Of a stretch of 64,000 nt of DNA, positions 1-12,203 are shown piece by piece. The stretch lies in assembly GCA_024137785.1 (NCBI GenBank), contig JAHRHZ010000073.1, positions 12,347,488 through 12,411,487 on the forward strand, read 5' to 3'. The notes below the pieces were generated by a model, which saw only the letters and a list, made by a program, of their open reading frames with translations, ran no database searches and was not told the origin of the DNA. Origin of the DNA: Ginglymostoma cirratum (lineage: Eukaryota). Both the position numbers and the translations under genes were made by a program. Each line of letters starts with the position of its first letter. Within the stretch, counting starts at the first letter, position 1.

Positions 1-1940
1 CACTAGTACTACAAATTTCCCTTCACACTGTAGCACACCCTCTCTTATGTGTAAGCTTTTTTGTTCCTCGTATTCCTCTGACTCCTTCCTTGCTTATAAT
101 TTTTTGTAATTCTTTATCCTTTCTTTGTTCTCCTGATATATCGATTAGGGCCACTTCTTTCACTTTCTGTTCTACTATTTCCTCGATCTGTGCCTGCAAC
201 TCTTCTCCTGCTATTGCCCCTTTTTTAGCTAATTCATCTGCCTTTCTATTTCTGACTGGTGATAAGGTGATAACTTAAGAATGAGCTTTTACTTTCATCA
301 CTCCATATTCTTTCCCTTTCGCCTTCTCAAAGATGTACCTCAACAATGGGGCAGATGGGAGGACCTTCCCAACTGCTGAGACAAAGCCTCTCACCTCCTA
401 CAAGGGTAGGTATTCCATCAGACTGAAGCACACATACATAGTATCTGAATTTTTGAATGATCCTGGGGGAAGTTTATCTGGGTAGCTCACTATATATGCC
501 ACTGCTGCCAATTCAGCTGCTTGAGCACTCATGATCTTTGGCAGTTTGAGGTCTATGCTATTCACTTCTCGTCTTTGCTCATCTTCCATATGGATACCAC
601 AACCAGTTCTCCATTCTGCACCTTGTACAGATTAAGAGCCATCAGCAAAAGTTTTTAATGGTGATTTGTTATTCCCTTGCTGTGAATATTCCCTATTCAT
701 CTATTTCTGTCTTTGTCTGTCTCTTGTCTTGGATATTCCCTGTATTCTCTTTACCAATATTCCCTCCATTTTGTTTTGATACAAATGGGGTGTCCCCTGG
801 TAAATTAAGTTATCTGCAAACATGGCTGTACTGTAAAACCTTTTTACCTCAATGTTTCTGCCTAGTAATTTTAGCGTCCATCTCGTAATTCTGTTTTGGC
901 TCACTGTGCCATCATTAATACGTCCGTCCAGCAGCATCTGAATGGGTGTATGTTCCATCAAAATTGTCAATGGGTTCAACCCTACAATGTGGGTAAAATG
1001 TTGTACTGCCCAGAATACTGTCAATAAATGCCTTTCACATGCTGTGTACCCCTGCTGTACTGCTGTGAGCATGCGCAAGGTGTAGGCTACTGGTCACAAC
1101 TGACCATGCACCTCTTGGAATAAGACCGCTGATATTGTGGAATCTGTTGTAGCCATCTCCATGGAAAATGGTTCAGCTGGGTTTGAGGTTTTTAGGGCAG
1201 GAACACTCGCCAAGTCCTGTTTCAAAGCTACTATTGCTTGTGTGTGCTCTGGCTTCCATTCCCATTGGGTATTTTTCTTCAGTAACATCATTAGTGATGC
1301 TGCCTTTGTGGCAAAAAACATCAATATGGTCTCTACAATACCCAATCAAGCCTAAAAACGATCTTAATCCCTTCACATCTGTGGGGATAGGAAGTCTAAC
1401 TGTTGTTTCAATTCTTTGTTTGTCTATCTCTCTTTTTCCTGGTAGTAACACTACTCCTAAGTAACTTACTTCCTGCCTCATAATCTGAGCCTTTTTTGGA
1501 TTCAATTTTAACCCAACCTCCTTTAACAGTTGCAACACCTCATTCAGGAGCTGGTAATGCTCCTGTTTGGTTTCATTTTGTATCAGGCAGTCTGGCCTAG
1601 AAGAATCCCACAACTTATTTCTTAAACATTGATGAAATATTGATGGGAGTTGTGAAATCTCTGTGGCAAAGCTGGTCTTTAAAGGTAAAAACAAATTTAT
1701 ACTGACACTCCTTGGACAAATGGATTGACCAAAATCCATTATTTATATCCAGCACCATAAAGCACTGTGCAGATTCATTGTTTAATTGTGGTTTATGGAC
1801 TAGTAGCCACTGTAGATGCTGTGAAGGGTGTTACCTTATTTAGTTCTCAATAATCAATAGTCAGTCACCAACTCCAGTCTGGTTTCTTTACCAGCCAAAT
1901 AGGTGATTTTTTTTGTAGAGGTGACTCACCTTAATACCTG
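1..1940 (-). mobile_element. pol: Decayed pol gene of an endogenous retrovirus-like (lokiretrovirus/spumavirus-related) LTR element: RT - tether RNase H - RNase H - start of integrase
   Basis: Manual - strand translation across frameshifts and stops. RT: SPIWLVKKPDWSW*LTIDY*ELNKVTP, VLDINNGFWSI, QYKFVFTF, LPQRFHNS/PSIFHQ, LKLNPKKAQ..VSYLG, LRSFLGLIGYCR. Tether: SAVLFQE..PVAY..GYTACERHLLTVFWAVQHF. RNase H: TFADGS, SAQAAELAAV, NSDTMYV, KVKAHS, NRKADELAKKGA. Then a linker into an integrase-like N-terminus running off the window edge. Confidence 0.9.
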
Positions 1941-2036
1941 AGATAACAAGGTGTAGAGCTGGATGAGCACAGCAAGCCAAGCAGCATCAGAGGAGCAGGA
2001 AAGCTGATGTTTCAGGTCTGGACCCTTCTTCAGAAA
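1938..2036 (-). repeat. Short Penelope-associated repeat (~100 bp) with a hammerhead-like core
   Basis: Near-identical to 13855-13951 (+) and 33846-33922 (+). The - strand reads CTGAAGA-AGGGTCCAGACCT-GAAA-CATC. Confidence 0.75.
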
Positions 2037-2068
2037 TCCATTTTGGAGTAACTTAAAGTTACTTCTTG

Positions 2069-2090
2069 TCGACTCCCACCAGGGATGCCA
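2069..2090 (-). promoter_or_regulatory. Primer binding site (PBS) of the LTR element
   Basis: - strand TGGCATCCCTGGTGGGAGTCGA begins 6 nt after an LTR-like ...GGTAACA end. It has the TGG start and tRNA-3'-complement form; the first 12 nt match the complement of tRNA-Asn (TGGCGTCCCTGG) with one CpG-type mismatch. Confidence 0.7.
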
Positions 2091-2096
2091 AAGTTA

Positions 2097-2705
2097 TGTT
2101 ACCAGTCTCTGAGAGACAACAGTACATACATAGACGGAGATACAGGAGAGACACTTAGAGGTGTACAAAACCACAATTCATTTACTAAGTACTCAAACAA
2201 ATAACACACACTTTTAACTACTAGAGATATCTCAATCACTGTCTTTTACTACGCTGATTTCTGTAACTTAACCCAAACGCTATTACCCAGGAGAGTTCGT
2301 AGTTGGTCAGGCTGAAACTCTGTTCGATGTCTTCACCATGCCTCCTGACATAGGGTACTTCTTGCACAACATTAATCTTCAAAGTGTTGTTGAACGAAGG
2401 GATTTCTTCAGGCTGTTTATACACAAATCTCTGTGTCAAGTGTGTGCCTAATTTGGAATTATATGTGCATGTGACCAATCCTGAATGTTTTATCCGAATG
2501 CATATCTTATTTGGACTTAGCTGTGCACGTGATCAATCCCAAACATTTTGTCCAAATATATGCCTTATTTGGTGGAGACAGCGGTTCCTGATTTCCTGCA
2601 GTTTTAACTCATAGCAAACCTGACCGACTCAGTATAATTCCATTCACATAACTGCCCATTGTTAGGCCTTTTATCAGTTCCTATTGTCTTCAGCCTTATC
2701 CAACA
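2097..2705 (-). mobile_element. 5' LTR (~610 bp) of the retrovirus-like element
   Basis: - strand starts TGTT (2705) and ends AACA (2097). It has a TATAAA box near 2416-2421 and an AGTAAA polyA-like signal near 2245-2250, and is directly followed by the PBS. The outer boundary is inferred. Confidence 0.6.
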
Positions 2706-2774
2706 ATTGTAAAGCTGGAGACTTTCTTTATTTCTTACTTTTTTCTATCTTTTTGTTGTTTTTCAATTTGGGTC

Positions 2775-2870
2775 TTAAGATGGTGCCAGAAAGTGGCAAC
2801 AATATGCAACACTTTCCACTGTATTTTGTAACAAGATATATGTGATAATAAATAAATTAAGACAAATCAA
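2775..2870 (+). repeat. SINE/LINE 3' tail sharing the Rex1-like LINE terminus
   Basis: CACT..CACTGTA...GTGATAATAAATAAA..AAATC resembles the 3' tail of the LINE at 4165-4230 (- strand). Confidence 0.45.
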
Positions 2871-3365
2871 TGCATACAATCTCACATTGTCCCACATTAT
2901 GTTCTTTCTGCCAAGTTTTTACCCACTCCCTTAACTGTTTGTATCCCTCTGCAGATATTTGTTATCCTCACCACTTGCCCTGCCACCTATCTTTGTGTCA
3001 TCTGCAAACTTGATTATAATACATTCACTTTCCTCATCCAAGTCAATAATATGCATTGTAAGTAATTGTGGGTCCAACACTGATCCTTGTGGTGTACCAC
3101 TAGTTATTAATTGCCAGTCTGAAAACATCCTTCTTATCCCAACTTTTTCTAATCTGTCTTTAAGGAGTTAACCAATCCTTGCCCCATGCTAATATGCTAC
3201 CTCCAGCACACGGGCTGCTATCCTATTAAATAGCCTAATGTGTGGCACTTTATCGAAGCCTTCTGAAAATCCAAATGTATTACATTTACTGCACCCCCTT
3301 TATCTGCCCTGATTACCTTTCAAAGAATTCTAGCAAATTTGTCAGGCATGATTTTCCCTTCACCA
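2871..3365 (-). mobile_element. CR1-type LINE RT fragment
   Basis: ORF 2931-3128: SGTPQGSVLDPQLL..IIKFADDTKIGG. Upstream DFQK-like motif. Confidence 0.85.
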
Positions 3366-3767
3366 CATTTCTATCTTGTTAAACTTTACACATTAATCAT
3401 TTCCAAAACCCTTTCTTACTAAACACTGACATCTTAAGCACTGACTATAAGCTGATCTGTAGCCATATCCCACCATTAAATGAAACAGACGAGCTTCTTA
3501 ATTTCACCATGTCATACAGAAAGAACTGGAGAATAAAAAAGAAAGAGAGTTGCGGCGAGGAATAATTGACATATTCCCATGTGACAAAATGCAAAGCATT
3601 TCATTTGCAATTAATTACGAGATAAATCCAATGTATGTTGTACCCATTCCATCTTCTTGAATTGAAAGAATGAATTTGAAAGCAGTTGAAACCTCAAAGA
3701 GCTGAGGCTTAATTTTAGCAAAGCAGACCTCACATGCAGAAGTTCATTCATCTTTTATTTGAAATTG

Positions 3768-4090
3768 AAGCATAGAATCCCTACAGTGTGGAAACACACC
3801 CTTCAGCCCAACAAGTCCACACTGACTCTCAGAGCATCCCACCCAGACCCATCCCCCTGTAACCCATCTAATATACACATCCCTGAACACTACAGGCAAT
3901 TTAGCATGGCCAGTCCATCTAGCCAGCACACCTTTGGACTGTGGGAGGAAACTGGAGCACCCAAAGGAAACCCATGCAGGCATGGGAAAAATGTGCAAAC
4001 TCCACACACAGTCGCCCGAGGGTGGAATTGAACCCAGATCGCTGGCGATGTGAGGCAGCAGTGCTAACCACTGAGCCACCGTGCTGCCCC
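3768..4090 (-). repeat. tRNA-derived SINE (HE1-like elasmobranch SINE)
   Basis: Head GGCACGGTGGCTCAGTGGTTAGCACTGCTGCCTCA..GGTTCAATTCC (A/B boxes) and CR1-like tail ..CACACTGTAGGGATTCTATG. Several copies in the window. Confidence 0.85.
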
Positions 4091-4164
4091 AAAGTGGACT
4101 ATGTCATTGCGTTTTAATCAGCCATGGCGTTAGTATCCCACTTACAGATTACCCAACCAAAGAG

Positions 4165-7090
4165 ATTTAATTTGATTTGATTTATTGTTGTCTCGTACCA
4201 CGATACAGTGAAGAGTGTTGTTTTGCGTGCTCTACAGTCAGATCATACCATACAGATGCAGCAGGATAGCAGAAAAGAGTGCAGAATACAGTGCTACAGT
4301 CACAGAGAAGGTGCAGAGAGAGAGATCAACATTAACATTTGAGAGGTCCGTTCAAGAGTCTGATAACAGTGGGGAACAAGCTATTTTTGAATCTATTTGT
4401 ATGTGCATTCAAACTCTTATATCTTCTGCCCAACGGAACAGGGTGGAAGAGAGTATAAGCAGGGTGGGAGGGGTCTTTGATTATATTTGTTGCTTTCCCA
4501 AGGCAGTGGGAAGTATGGGTGGAGTCAATGGATGGAAGGCTGGTCTGCGTGATGGACTGGGCTGTGCTGATGACTCTGTGTAGTTTCTTGTGATCTTGGG
4601 AAGAGCAGTTGCTATCCCACATTGTGATGCATCCATATAGGATGCTTTCTTTGGTGCGTCAATAAAAATTGGTCAGAGTCCTTGTGGGCATGCCAAATTT
4701 CCTTAGCCTCCTGAGGAAATAGAGGCACTTCTGTGCTTTCTTGACCTTAGCATTTATGATGGAGAACCAGAACAGATTGTTGGTGATCATTACTCCCAGG
4801 AACATGATATTTACAACCATCTCCACTTCAGCACCGTTGATGCAGAAAGGGGCATGCCGTTTTCTCCACTTCCTAAAGTCAGTGACCACCTCCTTCATTT
4901 TGCTAACATTTTTGGAGAGTTTGTTGTCTTTACACCATGCTGCTAAGTACTCGATCTTTTTCCTGTACTCTGTCTTGGTTATTGTTTGAGATCTGACCTA
5001 CAATGGTCTTCTTGTCAGCAAACTTGTAAATGGAGTTGGGGGTGGAATTCAGCTGCATAGATGTGAACATATAAGGAGTACGGTAGGGGACTGAGTACGC
5101 AGCCTTACAGGGCTGTGGTGTTGAGGATTATCGTGGATGAGGTGTTGTGTCCCGTTCTGACTGATTATGGTCTCTGGGTCAGGAAGTTGAGGATCCAGTT
5201 ACAGAGTGGGGAGCCGAGACCTAGGTTTCGGAGTTTGGAGGTGAGTTTGTTCAGAATTACGGTGTTGATAGTAGAGTTGTCGTCAGTAAGTAGGAGTTTG
5301 ATATAGGTCTCCTTGTTATCTAGATATCCCAGGGATGAGTATAGGACCAGAAGGATGGCGCCTGCCATCGATCTGTTGTTCCACAAAGGATCAAGGCAAA
5401 CTGGTTGGCTGCAGTTGATGTGAGCCATGATTAATTTCTTGAAGCACTTCACAGTTATGGAGGTCAGAGCCACCATAGTCATTGAGGAACGCTGCATGAT
5501 TTTGCTTTGGCACTGGGATGATGGTAGTCTTCTTGAAATAGGTGGGGACTTCAGGTTGTAGTAAGGGGAGATTAATGATGTCTGTGAATACTCCCGCCAG
5601 CTGGTCCGCACAGCATCAGAGTGCACAGCCGGATACTCCATCCGGGCCTGTCACATTCCATGGGATCGCTCTCAAAATGGCTGATCTAATGTCTGCAGCA
5701 GTGATCATGGTTATAGGTGCATCCGAGGCTGTTGGGACAGTTAACATCCTTTCACTGACCTTCTGTTCAAAGTCAGGGTAGAATACATTGAGGTGATTGG
5801 GTAGAAATGTTATTGCCTGCGATCTTGTCCGAATTCAATAGCCCATCATGTAGAGTGAGCCTTGCCACAAATGATGGATGTCCATGTAGTTGGACTGGGC
5901 CTCAAGCTTAGTTTGGTATTGCCTCTTGGTCTCTTTGATGGCTTTATGAAGGTTGTAGGGAACATTATGATTAACTTCTTCGGCATGCAGTCCTCTACAC
6001 ACTTACTGATGAAAACTGTAATGATAGTGGGCATACTTGTTCAGGTTGGCCACTAAGTTCTTGAATATGGATCCGTCTACCGACTCTAAGCAGTCTTGTA
6101 GAAGCTCTTCCATTGCCTCAGACCACACTGTACTACTTTCTGTACTGGGTCCTCAGGCTTCAATTTCTGCTTGTAAGCCCTGAGCAGGAGCACCGTATTG
6201 CGATCTAACTTTTCAAAATGCGGATAGGGGATGGAGTGGTAGCAGCTCTGATGGTTGTATAGCAATGGCCCCTTGACCTCTGGTTGTCAGGAGATGTGCT
6301 GATGGTACTTTGGTAGCACATTCTTGAGGTTGGCCTGGTTGAAGTCATTGGCTGCGATGAATACAGCCTCAGCGTATTCCATCTCAAGACAGTTTGTAGC
6401 ATTGTATACTTCATCAAGTGCTCTATTCACTTCTGCATGTGGTGGGATGTAGACCACCGTCAGGATAGTGGAGCAGGTAGTAGGAACGACACTTCACTGT
6501 AACATATTCTGGTCCAGGAGATGTTGATCAGGAAGCAGACCCTCTCCACCCTTTGCTTTGCCCAAGGATATTGAATGGTCCATTCAATGAACTGAGAAAT
6601 CCTCAGGTTATAAAGCACTGCAGGAGTGAGTCATCTGTCTGTGGAACAGAGCACACAACAGTCTGTCAATTCTGTTTAGACGGTAAGTCTAGCTTTGAGA
6701 GCATCCATGTTGCTTTTAGTGGCTTGGACATTTGACAGGAGTATACTGAGGAGGGGGCTGTCTTGAAACCCCATAGTTTCAGTCTCACCTGAAGTCCAGT
6801 GCATCTCCTACATTTGCTGGGCTGCTCTTAGTCAATCCTGCGTGTTGGTGAGGGAAGTCTGCTCTCCGAGAGGTAACTGTGTGCTCCCGATGGTGTCGTG
6901 AGTACCAGCTGCGGGCGTGAGCATTCCTATGGACCATGTGGTCTGTTTGGTCGGGAATCCTTGATGTAGGGTTACTGTGGGGTCAGGTCTTGTCCCAGCA
7001 CTGGTTCAGGTCTCCACATTCTGGGTTTCCATGAGGTTGGGCCTGTGAGAGGCTGGAAGAGTTTTGATCCCTCTGGACTTCAGAAGAAAG
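4165..7090 (-). mobile_element. Near full-length decayed Rex1/Babar-type non-LTR retrotransposon (endonuclease + RT)
   Basis: Fragments VYIPPHA (EN), [74 protein letters not shown]. 3' tail AATAAATCAAATCAAA at about 4170-4185. Confidence 0.85.
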
Positions 7091-7139
7091 ATAAAAAAAA
7101 TGTGCCAGATGAAGGATTTCAAGTTTCTGTTGCTAGTTA

Positions 7140-7640
7140 TCTTAAATCTAAGCCCTCATGTCATTGATCCTTCCAATGATGGAACAGATTTTCCCTTTCC
7201 ACTCTGTCCAGACCCCTCATGATTTGAAATAACTCTCTCAAATTTTCTGCAAGGAGAACAGTCCCAACTTCTTCAGTGTGTCTCCGTAACTGAAGCTCCC
7301 CATCTCTGTGAACATATTGTGAATCTTTTTTGCACTTCCATGCCTTGCACTTTGCATAAATGTGGCACCCATAACTCGATTGAATACAGCAGTTTATGCT
7401 ACACATCATTAACATCATTTCCAAGTTTTTAGATTCTGTGCCCCTATTAATAAAGCTTAGGATACATTATGCTTCATTAACTGTTGTCTCAACTAGTCTT
7501 GCTACTTAAATGACTTAATTATGTTCAACCCACTGTCTGCTCCTGCACCCCTTTAGAGCTGTATTCTTTATTGTATATTGTCTCTTTGCATGCTTCCTAC
7601 CAAAATTTGCATTAAGTGTCATGGCCACTTGTGTGCGCAT
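7140..7640 (-). mobile_element. CR1 LINE 3' fragment
   Basis: ORF 7161-7424 ends ..LFQIMRGLDRVERENLF, typical of the CR1 ORF2 C-terminus. Confidence 0.65.
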
Positions 7641-10257
7641 TCCACATGCTTTGTTTGTTTGAGGTAAACGTTCTGAAGGGGTTAATGTTCATGTTGCATT
7701 AACTTCACAATTCTACCGATGCCATAAACAGTCTGTGGATAGAGACAAGGAGCTCTACTCTTGCTTTCAGAGGGAGCAAATGCATTTGTACCAGCTCTTT
7801 TAAGGTCCTGGTAATAATGCCTGGTCAAATGTGCTTATTGCTGTCATACAATAAATCTTAGTATCTAAGAACAGCTTCTTCTCTAAAAATCCTCTATAAT
7901 GATGAGTTATAACTTTTCCCATAAATTTGTTGCATAGCCAATTTATCTATTTAATTTTGGAAGCCTGCATACATCACATCCACAGTATTACCCTCATCAG
8001 TATTCCCTGATTCTTTGTCAAAAAACATCAAGTTGGTTAAACATGATTTACCCTTAATAAGTCTATGCTGGCTTTCCTTAATTAGCAATAAAAATTAATC
8101 TTTGGAAATTAAAATATCATTGATTTTCGACTTTGGCTATAATTAGTTGGTTGCTAATATTTGATGCATCCTGTACTCAGTAACTGTGGAAAATTTATCA
8201 CTCATCTATTAAACAGTGTATATGTGAATTTTGACCAAATCTCAGAATGTGAGTGCATTTATTTCATTCACTATAGGATATGGGCACCGCTGGCTGGCCC
8301 AAAATCTGGACTATCTGGATCATCTCTAGTTGCCCTTGAGTGGTGTTGAGCTGGAAAATCAATTACTGAATGAAATTTCTAGGCCTTGATTTAGAACTGA
8401 TGCCATTAGCTGGACAATTATCCAGTAGTATTAACATTGACAGTTAAATGATGCAATAAGGTGATCTAAGCTGCCTCATTGTGAATAGCTCGTAAAATTT
8501 TGCTGGCTAAAGGTAGCAGCAACTCAGAATTGAAACATTAAAATATTTGAATACAAAAACATAATACTATCAATGTTAAAAATTTGAAAATAAAGGGAAA
8601 ATCCTGGAAAGACTCAGTAGGTCATGCAGCGTCTGTGAGAGTTAACATTTCAAGACTGAGCTTATTTTGGAACTAGAAAAAGATAGTTTTGTAACAGTCT
8701 TTAAGGAAGTATAGAGACAGGAAAATGTTGCAGAGAAGAATTAATGAAAAAGTCTATGATAGGGTAAAAGGCGGGAGAAATTAAATGGTGAGTGATGGGT
8801 GATGGTACAAGGCAGAAGTGTTGTCATTAGGGCAAGTGATGAAATTAAAGGTGAATCTAGATCCTCGGTCATGAGCATTGTTCCCACTTTTTCAGACAGT
8901 GAGTGTGGGAAATTGATTCCTCTGTTGCCATTTGCACTTCCTGTTATTAGACCTCACTCAATATCCTTTCTGTTGGTGTTATAGAGTTTATGTTGAAACA
9001 CTGACATTTAAATACACTAACTAGCACATTTTCTGTCTTCAAATACAAATGGTACGCTAGAGCAATTTACTTTTCCCTGTGGGGATGGATTCCTGTTTAT
9101 AATTTCAGGAAGAGAGGACAGAAAAGAACAAAAGAAAGTGAGCCTTCAACAATGGAAGAAACCAATTTGCCAGGTTTCCAATTTGCTATGCTTTATCTCC
9201 AGAACCTGAAAACTTTGTGAGGAATTGTGTGAGAACCAGATTCTTTAGTTTCTATTCAGTTTAAACAAATCCCTGAATGACTGTGACGCTTTCTGCATGA
9301 GAATTCACAACCCAGAGAAATGATGCACATGACTAAAATTAACCATTCACACCATTTCTCTGTGATTAAGGAACATTGATATTCCACACAGCCAGAAGGG
9401 ATAGTTTCTATACATAGGGCTAAGGTGACGAACATATTGCAGAAAGTTTCTTGGGAACTGTAGAGCACTTTGGAGAAAGTTTCTCCAGCAACGAAGCGTA
9501 AAGAGTAGGTACTAAGGACAGCGTTGGTTTCCAAGTCTTCAGCTGTTTTCTCTGTTTTCAGGGTTAATCTGAAAGCCACACTTACATACACTTTCCAGAA
9601 AACAGACTTGTGATAACAATATGGTGACCACCTGCAAGAACTGATCATAGCTGTCTTTATCTTCAGTTCTAAAGTCCTTGAGTTTGTTCTCTCTTCTAAA
9701 TCTGCCTTAATCTTTCATGTTTTTTTTTGTTTATAGCCCTCTATTCAGGTTTCTTCCCTCCCATTCTACCCAAACCATTTTTTAAATCAAAGTCATAAAT
9801 GACTTAATATAGGATTGTGAGAAAGGCAAACCAATGCTTATTATTTTTAAAAATTCATTGCGTGTGGTTGTTATAGGCTAGGCCAATATGAATTGTTCAA
9901 CCTTGATTGGTCTAGATGGCAGCTGAGAGTCAACCATTGGAGGTTCTGGAGTTACATACAGGCTAAACCAGAGAAAGATGGCTGACAAAACAGCTGTCAA
10001 AGGGATCTGTCAAGATGTCAAGGCATTTAAAATTCCTGCTCTTTAAACAATTGAAGCAAAGTTGCTTACTATTTCAGACTATCTGTTGACATAATTCTGA
10101 GGACTTTTGTTGTCAGATTCCTGCTGTATGACTGATTTCACAACCATCCATCATCACAGAAGGACGCCTGCCATTTCACTGCAGTGTTATTGACAGTTGC
10201 AAGTGGTTCTGAACTATTGGAGTGCAGCTATAGATGAATATCAAGGTTTGTTATAAA

Positions 10258-11075
10258 ATAGAATCACATAATCCCTATAGTGTGGAAGCAGGCCATTTGG
10301 CCTATGGAGTCCACATTTACCCTCCAAAGAGCATTCAACCCAGACCCACCTCGACCCTATCCCTGTAACCCTGCTTTCCCTAAGACTAATCCACCTAACC
10401 TGAACATAGAGTCACAGTCATAGATTCGTACGGCATGGAAACATGTTGACCATGTTCCCAAATTAGACTAGTCCCACTTGCCTGCATTTGCCCCTCAGTC
10501 TCCTATCCTCCAGTGAAATATCTCCCAGTCTATCCAGCCTATTTTTATAACTCAAACGCTCCATTCCCAGCAACATCCTGGTAAATGTTTTTTGATCCTT
10601 CTTCAATTTAATAATATCCTTCCAATAGCAGGGCAACCAGAACTGCAGAAGATGCCTCACCAAGGTCCTGTACAACCTCAACATGACATCCCAACTCCTG
10701 TACTCAGAGGTCTGAGCAATGAAGGCAAGCGTGCTAAATGTTTTCTTAACCACCCTGTCTGTGATGCAAATTTCAAAGAACTATGTACCTGAGCTCCCAG
10801 TTGACTGTTCTACAACACTCCCTAAGGCCCTACCATTAATTTTATCTGTCCCACCCTTGTTTGTTTTACCAAAATGCAATGCCTTGCATTTATCCATATT
10901 AAAATCCATTTGCTACTCCTCAACCCATTGACCAAGATCACTTTGTAATATTAGAACTGTGGGAAGAAATCCACACAGACACAGGGTGAATGTACAGACT
11001 CCACATAGACAGTCACCTGAGAATAGAATTGAACCTAGGTCCCGAGTATTGTGAGGCAGCAGTGCTAACCACTGA
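10258..11075 (-). mobile_element. HE1-like SINE split by an inserted CR1 3' fragment (~10405-10955)
   Basis: The SINE tail (10258-10405) and SINE head (10955-11075) flank CR1 ORF 10463-10753 (EYRSWDVMLRLYRTLVR..FTRMLLGMERLSY). Confidence 0.75.
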
Positions 11076-12063
11076 ATTTGATTTTATTTCTGCACATGTC
11101 CTCAGTTCTGTCCATAGTAACTACTAGGTGAGTTAGCCTGGTAAGGGCAAAGGACAATGTGTAAGTGGCAATGGTCGGAATGAGTTGACACTAAATTGAG
11201 ATAGGGTTTATAAAAGGGTCATTTGTGTGGGCAAAGGGACATAGGCTGTTAATGAGGGTATGGATAAACATGGGTTACAGAGATTGGCATGGAGCGTATA
11301 AGGGAATGGGGTTTGGACCCAGCGCAGTGGTGACATGGAGTGTATGAAGGCCATAGGGATGCATACAGAGGCATGAGTTGGCATGGGAAACAGGGAGTAT
11401 GCAAGAGTTGAGAGGGTATGGGGAGTGAAGACTGGAGTGCTGGTTTATGTTTTATTTAGTTTTTTAGAAACTTTGTTACAGTGGCAATGCCCTCCATGGA
11501 CCTGGTATCTGTCACTCTTCCTCCAGATCACCCAACCTGCCTTCCATTTAATCCATCATTCTCCACATTAAAAACCTAATATCTGGACAACTATTTCAGT
11601 ACGGTTGAAGGACCAGGAATTCCCTTGACTATGCACACCTGATTTATGGACAAAAATTCAGGCTCCAGAGATTAACAATGTTCCAAGGGAAGGTGTGGTT
11701 AAGAGTTGAATTTTGTTTCATAATGCTTTTTAAAGTCCCTATGGATGCTCTTTTGCATTAAAATGCACTTCATAAACACAATTATTGTTGTTTTTGAGAG
11801 AGTGGAGCTCCCTGTCATTGTTTGTTTATGAGAAACTTCATCCATAAGTCTTATTCCTATTTCTGGAACAGAAAGGTGCTGGCAAATGACTCTTCTAGCA
11901 CATCAGCTTCCCTGAGACAAGAATAACCCAGGGCCGAAATGGCTCCAGTGAAGTAATCTCAGTGGAATTACATGAGGTGGCTAGCAAAAAAAAGTAGACA
12001 AAATGTTAATAACAGTTTCAAGATGAGTCTATTGATCTATTGTCATCTTTTGATCAATGTTAT

Positions 12064-12203
12064 NNNNNNNNNNNNNNNNNNNNNNNNNNNNNNNNNNNNN
12101 NNNNNNNNNNNNNNNNNNNNNNNNNNNNNNNNNNNNNNNNNNNNNNNNNNNNNNNNNNNNNNNNNNNNNNNNNNNNNNNNNNNNNNNNNNNNNNNNNNNN
12201 NNN
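12064..12203. other. Assembly gap (140 N)
   Basis: Run of n. Confidence 1.

Noticed and set aside
2236-2614. ORFs of 76-80 aa upstream of pol as a possible gag
   Set aside because: They lie inside the inferred LTR, upstream of the PBS, and show no gag motifs.
3744-4079. 111-aa ORF and similar ORFs at 48093-48474, 21537-21731 and 60968-61623
   Set aside because: Chance translations of SINE copies. The tRNA-like heads are SINE promoters, not tRNA genes.
9256-9648. 130-aa - strand ORF
   Set aside because: No recognisable domain or splice context. It may be an LTR-like repeat relic but I could not define termini.
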